A stretch of DNA of 64,000 nucleotides from NCBI GenBank assembly GCA_047495785.1, contig JBLDXI010000074.1, forward strand, positions 1 to 64,000. Direction: 5' to 3'. The first letter of the stretch is position 1. The number at the start of each line of letters is the position of its first letter. The notes beneath the pieces are model-generated. The model saw nothing but the letters and a program-made list of their open reading frames with translations. It was not told the origin of the DNA and ran no database searches. Of the stretch, positions 52,457 to 64,000 are shown in pieces. The stretch comes from Lepidodermella squamata (taxonomy: Eukaryota; Animalia; Gastrotricha). Both the position numbers and the translations under genes were made by a program.

Positions 52457-55400
52457 CTACGCTGTTGTCGTAAATTTGCGAAGAGCTTCCTTTTCCTCGT
52501 CGGTCAGCTCGCGGTTCAACGTACGTCTCGCCGATTTTCTCTCCCGTAACCGCGTCCTAAATCGGTCTCGAGACGGTGATTTGTGATTGGCGACTGCCGT
52601 GCTGATGCACGCTTCCAGCATCGCGTCTTCCATGTTCGTTGTGCTGCTCACGGTTGAAACCGGGCTCATATCTGAGCCGCCGTTCTGACCGTAACCGTTA
52701 CCATTGATTGAATTTGTCGAATCGCAAACGGACATGTAAGCAGGTGAGAAACCATTGTGCGAAACACGACGGCCTCGTTCTAAAATTATTAGAAAATGAC
52801 AATAAAAATAATAGAAAAACCAATTTCGAATAATTAATAGTGAACAATTAGGAAGATATCAGGGGTATAGATCAGAGAGTTATTATTGTATCTAGAATAA
52901 TTGTATGAAAATTTAAATTTACGCACTTTTCTTTCAGTTTTCTTCCTAGATAACCTTTTTCAGAACATTAAATACCTTAACGAGGAGTAACTTTGCTCAA
53001 AACCATTCATTTTGAAGGTGGAAAATCTAGAAATTTAGCCAAGGCGATTCCCGATTTTTTTGCTAATTTTGGGGATTTTTTATCTTTCACTGATAATTTG
53101 CAAACCAAGGAACATTTCTGTCAATTTGGCTTTGTGTGTTTCAAGATTCGCGGTTAAAATTTGGATTGGGTAGAATTTTGAATAAGTTTAATTCAGGAAA
53201 ATTCAAGTGCATATTCAATCCAAAAACTGATTTTAGTCACACTACTTGTAAATTTTTCTGAAAATGTATTTTCGCTCCAATCACCTCGAGTTTCATTTCA
53301 ATTTATTAATTTCAAACCAATTTATTTCAAGTTCCATCCTCAAAACTCGAGCACTTGCATAGCCCAAGATGTCACCGCGCGTTACAGGAGGAGAAAAAGG
53401 TTATTTGAAAGGATATTTTCATGCACATTCTGTTCCTTAGGTATTCAACTATCCTATATTAAGGAGGATTTAATTCTATTCTAACATTTCTGTCTATAAG
53501 TATCTACGCATCTCATTTTACCTCGCACGAAATAAAAGTAACACCGCAATGGGTCAATCAACGCTATTATTATCCAAGGTAAATAACACAAGTATTTTTT
53601 CCTCCGGTCAATATAACAAATATATGTATAATATAAAAGCGCAGTCGGAAATTGACCACACACCTATATAGCCTATATAGCTTACCGTCTTCGGTGAAAC
53701 TCGACAGCGACGCCCGGCCGTTGTACTGAGAGCCGTTGCTATTCAAGTGACCATTGCCATTCTGCATCGTCGGCTGCACTGAGAATCGCCGACTCGCACT
53801 CGGGTGGCGAGATGCGGCGGGGTAGTACAGGCTGTCCATCGACTGGTCCGTCGATAGGCTCGGGTGCTTCGTAAACCCTGTTGAGGTGTTGTGAATGGCC
53901 GATGAATCCTCAATTGGACCACCGTTAGGTTGCTGCTCACCATATTGATCAATCTATTGATAAAAAATTCGAGTATAATGAAAATTCGACGAAAAATGTT
54001 TAAAATTCGATTGGAATATTTCTCAGAATTTATGGAAAAATAAATTTGAAACATTTCTTCAGCAAACCAGAATTTAACGGTTTCGAAACAAAATCAATCA
54101 AACCCGGGCACCGAATTCAAATTATGCAAATTTTGATGAATTTCATGAAAAATTTATAGAAATTAAAAATTAATTTATTCTAAGCAGAATTTAATCAACA
54201 TTCTCTCATTTTCGTTCTTTCCCAAAAATTTAGAAGTTATTCTTTAAATTAACAATTCGAGATTCGGTTTTGAATTTCCAAAATTTTCAAAACATGGTCA
54301 AATTTGTTCACATTTGAGAAAAAATTTCAGCACTGTAAAACTTTGTCTTTCATTTTTTCAGTCATTTTCAGGTCATTTCAGTCCAATATTTATGTTTACC
54401 AAACTTACAATCATTTTTCCGCGCGTTTTCCTCCTCTCTCGGTTCCTGTCTTTTTTCTCGCGTTGTTGTAGCACTTTTTCGCGCGTCGTGCGGTATTCGA
54501 GCGCAAACTCGGACACGACCTTGCAAATATTGTTAATTTTCACCTGAGGACACAAAAAAGCGCATTCTTAGTTCATCTTTCAATTTCTTCAGATTTTTCT
54601 GTATCCATACCGCTCTTGCCGCGGCTGGTGAATAGCCGAAAAATGCCAGCAGCTTGTTGAAGCGGTTTGTGACTCGATTGTACACAACGTTGAGTATCAC
54701 AATTCTCTCGTGAGCGTCGTTCAAGAACTCGGACAGCCTGATAACAAACGGCGGCGTGAGATGGCAAGATTATTTTTACTTCAAGGTGGATAATAAGTCC
54801 ACTTACCTTTGTTTCAACTGCGACGCCGCCGGCTCATGCTTTGTGACGAGTTTCAAATTCTCATCGCTCATTTGACAGTCACGTTCCAAGCTGAAATACA
54901 TACAAACAATAATAATAATAATAATAAAACGGTAATATTCGTTAACGCGAAAAGCCAATTTAACGACACAATAAAAGTATAATTATAAATACTCGTCATA
55001 AAATTAGAAGTATGAGAAAATTGCATGCTCGAGAATACCGAAAAATAAAATTAGATTATACATAATCAAAATATTTGAAGAGCCCAAATGGCCGAAATAA
55101 TGACGACCATGGAAATTCAAAATACAAAATTTAATAATTTCTTTCAAAACCTCAAATTTTAGCAAATTTATCAAATTTTTTCAAATTAAAATTAAAAAAT
55201 TAAAAAAATTTGAAAAAAATTCGAGTTTTTTTATATTTTTTTATTCGATTAAATTTACCGTTCAAGTTTATCAGCCAGTTCTTCCCACTCGACTTTGGCG
55301 CATCGCGTCGTAGCACCAATTTCCGAATACAGATCGGTACTATCCGGAAATTGGTCGATAACAAGGTTCGCAACGTGGTACAGCAACGAGTGTTTATAAA

Positions 55401-58400
55401 CCGTGTCCTTCACCTCAGGCACGCGACTCAAATACTCGATATTGAACCCCTGAGCGTGAACTCCATTCAAACAATTTCCAACCGCGAGAAGGGTCGACAT
55501 GATGTATCGAAGTGTCGAGTTATTTTGCAGCTCAACGCAGCATTGCTTCAAATCCATTAGCGGTTCGACGATTTCACGCTCCAGTGAGTCGAAATCGAGC
55601 CGGAACGCCCATAGCTGTAAACGAGCGTTGATTTCCGGTATTTGTGACAGCATATAGAGAAATTGCTCGGCAGTGGCTAGCGGCACGCCTGGATTTGCTT
55701 GAATCGCGTCCTGAATTTTCACCTTCTCTTCTTCAGTCGGCAGCATTGTTGACATAATTTTCTAAAATATCAGCATATTTAACAAAAAATCGATAAAATT
55801 CAGGAAATTCAAACCTCAATTGCCTCGCGATTCATGACGGTCGTGTCCATTTTGAGGACGGCTTGTTTAATCACTCGAGGGGCGGGTAAGATGGTCATTC
55901 CGATATTAACAGCATTTGACCGTTTTGCATCGAGGACGCTGATTTCCCTAGGTCGAGCCATATTCGAATCAGCATTGCTTTTCTGAAATAATTAAAACGA
56001 AAATGATAAAATAATGCAAAAATTAAAAATTTCTCAAGAATGCAGGTGAATATTTTTGTCATCAGCAAACAAAGTCAATTTTTCAAAGATTTTTCACGAA
56101 AATCAAAATGAACCCCAAAACAACATCATTTTTCGCGAATTTTTCAATTTTTCACTCGGCCCTGGTTATTAAACATGCGTTCAAACTGGGTTAATTCAAA
56201 ATTTTGCATTCAAAACACCCGCATTCTCGAAAATAAAATATTAAAAAATCAACTCACGAAATCCTGTATGAGACAAGCGCGATTGAATCATCATCAAAGA
56301 CATCGAAATTGCGACAGTGTCGAGCAGCCATGATTCAAATGAAACGAAAAAAATGCACAAACAAGACAAGTTATTTTATAGCGAAAAACACGGCAAACTG
56401 ACTAGAAATTATAACTACTCAGAAAATACTAGTCTACTAAAATTGAAGACCATGCTTACAAAGAAATGAAATTCTCGAATTTTTATACATTTAATTCCAT
56501 GCGAAAAACTTGAAATTAAAATAACCGACCTTTTGCTTCAGCTCAGTAGCTTTTGTTTCGAACAGATATTCGAACTGATCTGCGTTGATTTGAACGTTAG
56601 GCAGTCGTTGCCAGAACGACGAGACGCCAACTGGTTGTAGGACCTCATCTTCCGCCCTAACTTCCCGCCAATGCAATCGGACAGTTTTGCGCTGTTTCTG
56701 GGTCGGAACCGGGGGTGGGGGAGGAGGAGGCCCGCCGCCGTTCGACATGCCGTTCGGCAGCGGTGGCGGCGGTGGGATGTTGCCAGGCATCATCGGAGGC
56801 GGTGGCGGTGGAGGCGCCGGCGGGATGCTAGACCCGTTCGGCCTCACTTTCATGATGACTGAAAACACATTCACGTCATCCTTCTCCGTCAAATCGTCGA
56901 AATCGAGGTCTTTCAGCCGCAACGGCCGGCGCAGCGTTTTCGCGAGTTCTGCGAAATTCTTGCGTAGCCGACCCACCCCGGCGGGTATTTCGAGTTCCGG
57001 TGCCTGGGCAGCGGCCTGTTGAGCCGCCATTGCTTGTACAGCCTGTTGGACGGCTAGACTGGCTGCTGATACGGCGGACTGGCCGTTTGATGGTCGCAGC
57101 AAGGCCGAGCCTTCGACAATGTCGGACGGTAGAAAACCTCGTCCGTTTTGATTTGGAGGAAGGTTCGATTGCGGAGGCATTGGCGGGGGAGGGGGTGGAG
57201 GAGGTGGAGGTGGTACAGGTATTGAAATATTGTTCTGAGCTGAAATTACACAAAATCCAATTAAAATTTCCGCAAACAAAATTGGAGACAAATAAGAAAA
57301 AAAATTATTTTCGGAATTTTCAATTTCCATTCAAGACGAAATTGAAAGAATTGAGTTAAAATTGATCATAAAATGAAAGGAAAGTGAGCACAATTTTGAA
57401 TAATTTTAAAGCGACATCCGAGCAAACGAAAAAGGAGCAAACTTGAATGGATCTCGAGGTTGGACCTCAACAATGTCCCCATTGAAATATCTGGAAAAAA
57501 TGTCCGTTCACGTTTGCTCAGTTTTCGTTAGATCAAATCTAGGCACACAGATCAATTACAAGATTATTGAATTTTCTTTTCAGTATTTTTTTAAATTAAA
57601 ATGTAATTTTTACACACCACCGTGCATCATGCTGTTAGAAAATTCCACAACAAACTGCATCCAAAGGTCTTCATCGGTCTGAATCGACGCCTGTTTGACA
57701 ATTTTCTCACTCGCCTCGCCGATGCCACTCGAATTAGACGGCGAGCGTGTGTTGTGCTGATCGTCACCCAGCTTCAAAATCGGCCCACAAGGCGGTACGG
57801 ATAGAGTAAGAAAATTTGAATTATCACCCGCGGTTAACACCGCGCAATTAACGTCAACCTCCGAAATCATTTGCAACATTTTTAGATCTTCAATAGTCAT
57901 CGTCTGCTCAGCAATTCCACACTCGACAGCTGCAGCAGTTAATTTCTGATGATTGAGTATATCTTGTTTCGTCACTTCAGTAGAAGGCGACGCCGAGGCA
58001 GGAGATAGCGAATCAGTGGTCAGCGTGGCTGATTTTACGGAAAGATCCGGCTCGATAACACAGGACATTGGAATGTTTACGGGCGAGGTTAGGGAATTCG
58101 TGCACGAACTACTAATTGCAGTACTAGTAATTGTTGTTGTTGTTGTTATTGCCGCTGGCGAAGTAGAGGAAGTCATCGACACCGATCGGCCGACGACGGT
58201 GAAAGCTGTAATTTGAAACAAACACACGGCAAAATAGAATCATGCAAGGTTATTGATGCAATAAAAATAATATAAAATGCCAAAAAACAAGGTTATTTTG
58301 ATTTGAGATCGAAAGGTAGACGGAATTTGGAAAATATTTTTAGAATTAAATCATTAATTTTTCCATCCAAAAATGAAATATCGGCAAAATATTGCTAATT

Positions 58401-61400
58401 TTCCAGGAATTAAAAAATTGATAAAAAACTGAGATAAATGGTAAAACATCGTATAAAAATATTGGAGCTCTTAACATGAAATCATATTTCATCTAAAAAT
58501 CCAGGGTTAAATGAGGTTTAATACTTTCTCTAATTTCGAGATGCCTAATTCAAAGCTCATAAACTTTTATAGCGGTAATTATTATTGCCCCAATCCCAGA
58601 TAAAGTGCTAATTCAAAAATTCAAGATATGAAAGTAACGCCGCAAGTCTTGCTGTTTTTTTTTACAATTTTGGGAAATTTTATACTGTCGCAAAGAATAT
58701 TCATGATAAATCGGATTTAATTATCTTCAATTTCTCCTAAGGAAAAATTTGTATTCTGCATGCATTTTTCAAGTCATTCATTTTCGAGGTTTATTCAAGG
58801 AATATTTTCATCTTTTAATTTCAGGCTTAATTTTATGCGAGACTTATTTTCGTTAGTACCTAGTTCCATATCAAAACAGTATCACTCCACGTCATTTCCA
58901 TTTTTCACATGCTCATTTTTCAGGGATAAATTTACCTTCAGTTTGAGGTTGGGGCTGCCACTCAGGCACTGTTTGCTGCGGCTTTTGGCTGACATTACTG
59001 CCATACGGACTACTCGGCCGCAGCTGAACAATTTGACGCGATTGGTAAATACTCGGCGCCGATAGCAAATTGTTATTATTGCCGTTGCTGTTGTCACTGT
59101 AACTCGCGTCGTTTTCGTTACTACCCATCATCTGCTGGGGAGAAGTCGCGCCGTTTACATGCTCACGAATCGACTTCAAACTGCCGCCGCCATTCTGATG
59201 GCCATTACCCACTTCATGATTATTTCCGTTAATTTTAGTAACACCCAACAGCGAATTCGACGATAGAGAGGCGCGGATGCTTTTACGACCCGGGTCTTCC
59301 GTCGGCTGCCGCTGGTAGTTGCTGTTTTCATTATAATGATGGTGGCCGTTGCTCAACTGCGAGCCGTTTTGCTCAGTCGACCCGGTCGATACGTTGTCCT
59401 CCTTCGCCAATTCGCGCTCGTACAACTCTAATTGGCGGCGCAGGTCTGGCTCCGTGTTGGGCCGCGCCAACAGCTTCTTAATTAACGACTCCATGCCCTG
59501 CGTCTCCAGAGCATCGGTCACGTCAAAGAACGAATCCTGATCCGGCAAACTGCATATCACCTGTTTGAGCAAATACAAACCGAGTTTATAAAGAGGGTAA
59601 ATAATTTTTCAGGGTGTAATTTATTACGCACCTTGTTTACCAAGGTCATTGAGAGGGTGAGCAACTCTGGATCAGAGTCACGGTCGTCGAGATTTGCCAT
59701 GACGCGAGACCACGCCTGCCGCCCCTCTGACCGCTCCACTGAATTCACGGCCTCGATTAGCAGAGGGCAGTTTTGCTCCGAGTAGTCAACAAACATTACC
59801 AACAACTTCACCGCAGTTTTAGCCACCAAGCGAAACTAATAACAAATAAAATGTATATTAGAAAAATTAATAAATACTCAATTTCATTTCATCAAAAACC
59901 ACTGAAAAATTTAAAATGGTAGATTTATGTAAAATCATCTCTTAGACGAATCAAGTATCTACTGTTGACATTTTTCCAGCAAAAAAATTGAAAATTCATA
60001 AATTAACCAGAAAATACATAGATTTTTTGAAAAAATTGTAAACTTTTTTCATTTTCATCTTTTTTATGACCGGGTAGACTTTTACGCCGGTGAAACGAGA
60101 TGAATTAAAAATAATCGCGGGTATTTTGAAAACTTCAGTTTCAAGATTTTTTTAATGATTATTTTGCATCTTTTAATTGAGGAAGACGCTCACTTTAGAT
60201 GACAACAACTGGTACAGCCATTGAATAGTCGTCGCATGCCCGGCCACGCCATTCATGCCATCAACGTAGACCATAATTTCGCCGAGAGCTGCGTGGGAAA
60301 AACACAGCGAAAACTGAATAAAAGCGGCTCACATCTTCGCGAGTGCCTACTTACCTTTCAAAATGTAATTCTGCGAGCTTTGGTCCGACTTTTGGCCGAT
60401 TTTCAACAAACAATCAAGCCCGCCACTTGACACAAACTCGTGTACGAGGTCTTTGTCGTCTTTGAAAATTTGCTTCAGCGAAAATAACGCCCGCCTCAAC
60501 TGCTGCCCTTCGAGAGTTTGAAGCCGCTCTAAAAATCAAATTTTTCAATTTTTTTTCATCATTCACTCCAATAATCAATCCTGTACCGATGCATGTTTGA
60601 ACTCTGATTGAAAGTTGAGTTCGTAGAATAAAAGCTAGGCGTTTAGGATCGCCAAACTGCTCAACGTCTTCCCATTGCTCTTGCAAGGACTGTTCGAGGT
60701 CGAGGTACACGCCGAATTCGGACGGTTGTTTCTGCGACGGCAGGCGGTAGAGCTGAAGCGCGCAGTCCTCGAGCTGAAAACACAACACAAACACGTTTTT
60801 GTCCTGTCTCGTCGCTATGTTAAGAAAGACACGGAACTGGCGCAAACAACGCGGCTTGCCCGCCTACAAAGAAAGGCTTTTCGCGCCACTTAGCCAACAC
60901 GGTGTTTTCGAATAAAAAAGCAGGTAACGTCAGCTGTTCACCTCGCGCAATAATAACGCTATTTAAGCGGCATCGCGGCTCTGGAGCACGGCGCATTATA
61001 TTCACTTGGTTATGTATCTTAACACAATCACAACATCCTATGCAAATGAACATCCCGGTATACGTGGCCCGATTGTTTACGCCTATATGGAAAGAACAAT
61101 ATTATTAGCCAATAGTACGCAGGCGCCAGAGGCGTACATGCCGCAATGCATAAAATAAACAAATTTCGCCCATCAGCATAAATAACAATTGCAGGCGAGA
61201 GAGATGGGCAGAAAAAATTCTCGCGCATTGAACCTAAAACATACAATATTATAAAAACATGCTTTACCTTGTGCGGCGCGGAAAGTCTTTTCGATATTGC
61301 ATTCAAGTGAATATTGAGCGGGTCGAATTTAGACAACGAATAAACAACTGGCGCGTGCCCGACTGGACACAAGTCTGTAAACGATGCGAACGGATCGCGA

Positions 61401-61438
61401 TCGTCAATATAGTAAATTCGAAACGATATCAGAGCCAT
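52457..61438 (-). CDS. FHOD: FHOD-family formin (GBD/FH3, FH1, FH2, DAD), multi-exon
   Basis: YIDDRDPF...LSAPHK|LEDCALQ; DLVHEFV; RLVAKTAVKLL; LPDQDSFFDVTDALETQGME; poly-Pro FH1; KTVRLHW; LPTEEEKVKIQ...VPEVKDTVYKHSLL; SEFALEYRTTREKV; RKSARRTL DAD region. Confidence 0.93.
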
Positions 61439-64000
61439 CGACCATCATGTGTGTTGTAAAATGTAAACTGTCTCAACTACATCCGGAAAGAGTTTCGCAG
61501 CATTAAAATTGGACTAAAAAAAGAACATCACGTACGATGCCGGCCAGTGCATCACACATTTGCGGTTTATTACTCGCAAAACATACGGCCGGGAGATAAA
61601 TGAGCGACAGGTGGCTAGTGGAAAATTACGCGATTTGCAATCCACACTTAGTACCATAAATTTACGTTCTAATAATAAACAAGAACGTTCGATAAAAAAA
61701 TGCGGTGCATTGTTGCAATAATGCATAATAAACCCATCAAAACACATCATCGATGTATACTTGAGTTCGAAAGACGAAAGAAGTAAATAAAAACAACCTC
61801 TTTCTCAGGAAAGACGATAAAATCATTTTATAGCTACTTTTCCACAAATGGAAGTACGCTGTCTTGTTTTCAGCAACAGAGCAAATGCAAACAAGAGAGC
61901 GGATACAAAATAACACCTTGCACTGACCAATCTTTCCAGGAAAAGGAAACAAGGACGAGATCTTTACAAGCCGAGTCATGGATGTTTGATTTTCAGAGTA
62001 CCGTGATACCGTTACTTAAGAGTCGTTATAGTCTACTTTGGCATATATACTGCTGTTAGCACAGGTATAAAGTATGAAGTGTATTTAGAACAGTGAATGT
62101 GAAATTCTCTCAAACTCTACGGCGTCCCAAAGCCTTAGCGAAAAACTAGATATGATAACATTTACTGGAGAATTCAGGTCAGCCAATTTGCTAAAGCGTA
62201 ATTTATCGCGTAATAATCGAAGCGAGATTTGGCGAATCCAAGAGGTGATCTTACATCTTACTTCAAACTATATTCTCAATAGTCCAGCTACGTTCAAATA
62301 ATTGAAACAAGAGATTTCAAATTGATTCATAATTCACGCGAACTTGAGCGAATCCATGAACGTAACACCCACCCCAATATTCTCAACAAATCAGCAGTGT
62401 CGTGAATAGCAGAGTGATCGCAACACCACAGATTGAGTACGGTGGTGACAATTTCTTCCCAGCAATATCTGAGCAAAGCTCCAACTACGAACGAAAATTA
62501 GTTGGTCAATGCTACGCCCATTGCCCAGTAAGGGTTAAGGGTCCCGCGTGCTCTCATTACAAATTACGCCAAAGAACATCTTGAGGGCAAAGACTAGGGT
62601 CGCAGTGCGATTGGTCTCGACCGCATAGTATCTGTGCCACTGCCCACTGCGGATCAGCCTTAAGCAATAATCAGCAAAGAAAAACGTGAATTAGTAAGTG
62701 AAACTAAGTAATATTTGCAATGGCGAAGCAGCCTAAAAGAGGCTGAAGGAATTATTTAGAATGCAACATTGCCATGCAGTTACTTCCGCATTTGGCAGAT
62801 TTAACTCAGACTGAAACGAATGAAAGGTTGCATTAAATGTATACCATAAACGATGAGCAAACATATACGGAAAATTTCAAACCGCAAATATGCTTACACG
62901 AGAAGAAAAAGTAAGAGGGGTCAACCAAGTGTGAAATGGTGGGTGGATGATGACTGAAGCGACCGTAAGTACTAACCACTTGCTAACGACTTAGTTGCGC
63001 GCATTCAGACGGTCTTTTGGCTCAAGCTTCAAAAATTCAAAAGGCCGGTAAAAATGTTATTGAATTATATTTTCTGGGGACAATTTTATTTAGCTAAAAG
63101 TAAATTATACTATATATAAAAATTATAATTAAATTAAAATAAAATTAATTCGGCCGATAGCGACGAAACCTGCGGCGAATGCGTCCTTCGCAACAGGCCA
63201 AAAGTTCGCGGGGGTTCGATTATTTCGCGCAGCCAACTTGTGACGGGTGATATTCATCATTCATTTGGTTTAAATCATTAACAATGAGCAAATTTTGAGC
63301 AAAACGGGAGCAAAAAATTCAGTTGAACAATGGTTACGACATGATAAGCGATTCGCGTTCAAGTCAATGGGTCAGTTGTCGGTGCAACTTAGACAATGGC
63401 GATATGGCTTTATATGCAAGCCGCCACATATACTTCAGCAGTTTGAGATACTTATTCTTTGGTCAAACACATCGTAACACGCATTGATACAGCGCATTAT
63501 TCTGTCAGCCAAAGACTATCTTACAGAGCGAAGGCGGAGATACAGAAACTTGGTAAACTTGGTTGAGAAACCGGCCTAGCACCTACACTGTGTGAAAAAG
63601 GTATTTCAACGTACGATGTTCCGAGATTTTTCTAGTACAAATAACTGAAACAATACTATGGAAAAAATCATCTCGAGATATTTTCTCAATTAAAGGGCTC
63701 CAGATAGTTTCAATGTGGCGCCAGCATATCATAAGCACGAGGGCGAGGTTGAAATATAAGTGTTAACAAATTACAGCCGGCGCCTTAAATATGCAATAAA
63801 GACGCAAATGGGAGGTGGGAAAGTTATAAGAAGGTTGCCGAATAAAAATGCATGCCGGGCGCTGAAAAAATAGATGCCATAAACCATAACAAATAATGAA
63901 TATCAAAGTGCTATAAAATATGCATACGCGGCCGAGCATTGCAGAAGTCGTCTTGCAAATGAAAACACGTTATTTTTAGCGCACAGAATTTACGCGCGCT

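Noticed and set aside
63180-63240. tRNA-like B-box GGTTCGATT
   Set aside because: No cloverleaf, acceptor stem or matching A-box could be built

Overview
AT-rich, intron-containing animal (invertebrate-like) genomic DNA with many ~50-65 nt GT-AG introns. The species cannot be named from the sequence. Conserved genes assembled by hand from splice sites: a secreted vWA protein, a CUB-LDLa-TM receptor, COG7, an MSP/VAP-domain gene, a mucin-stalked Ly6/three-finger GPI protein, an APCDD1-like gene, a collagen-C1q protein and a FHOD formin. There is also a frameshifted PDIA4/ERp72 copy with both CGHC sites mutated. Accessory content: (i) an intact 7-exon, 380-aa gene (46230-47695, -) with a coiled-coil N-terminus and a PD-(D/E)xK restriction-endonuclease-like (Crinkler/CR-REase-type) C-terminus whose ExK motif is replaced by ASS, lying between a C1q gene and a partial tandem copy of its 3' end; (ii) an unrecognised family of small two-exon coiled-coil genes, with one apparently intact member (7730-11605, a piggyBac-like element in its intron) and a ~3.6-kb mosaic of about ten exon-1/exon-2 modules antisense within the MSP gene intron (31.9-35.5 kb); (iii) two local partial gene duplications whose deletions are bounded by microhomology, a pogo transposase remnant, several MITE-like elements and degenerate TTAGGG tracts. 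All family calls come from motif recognition, not database searches.
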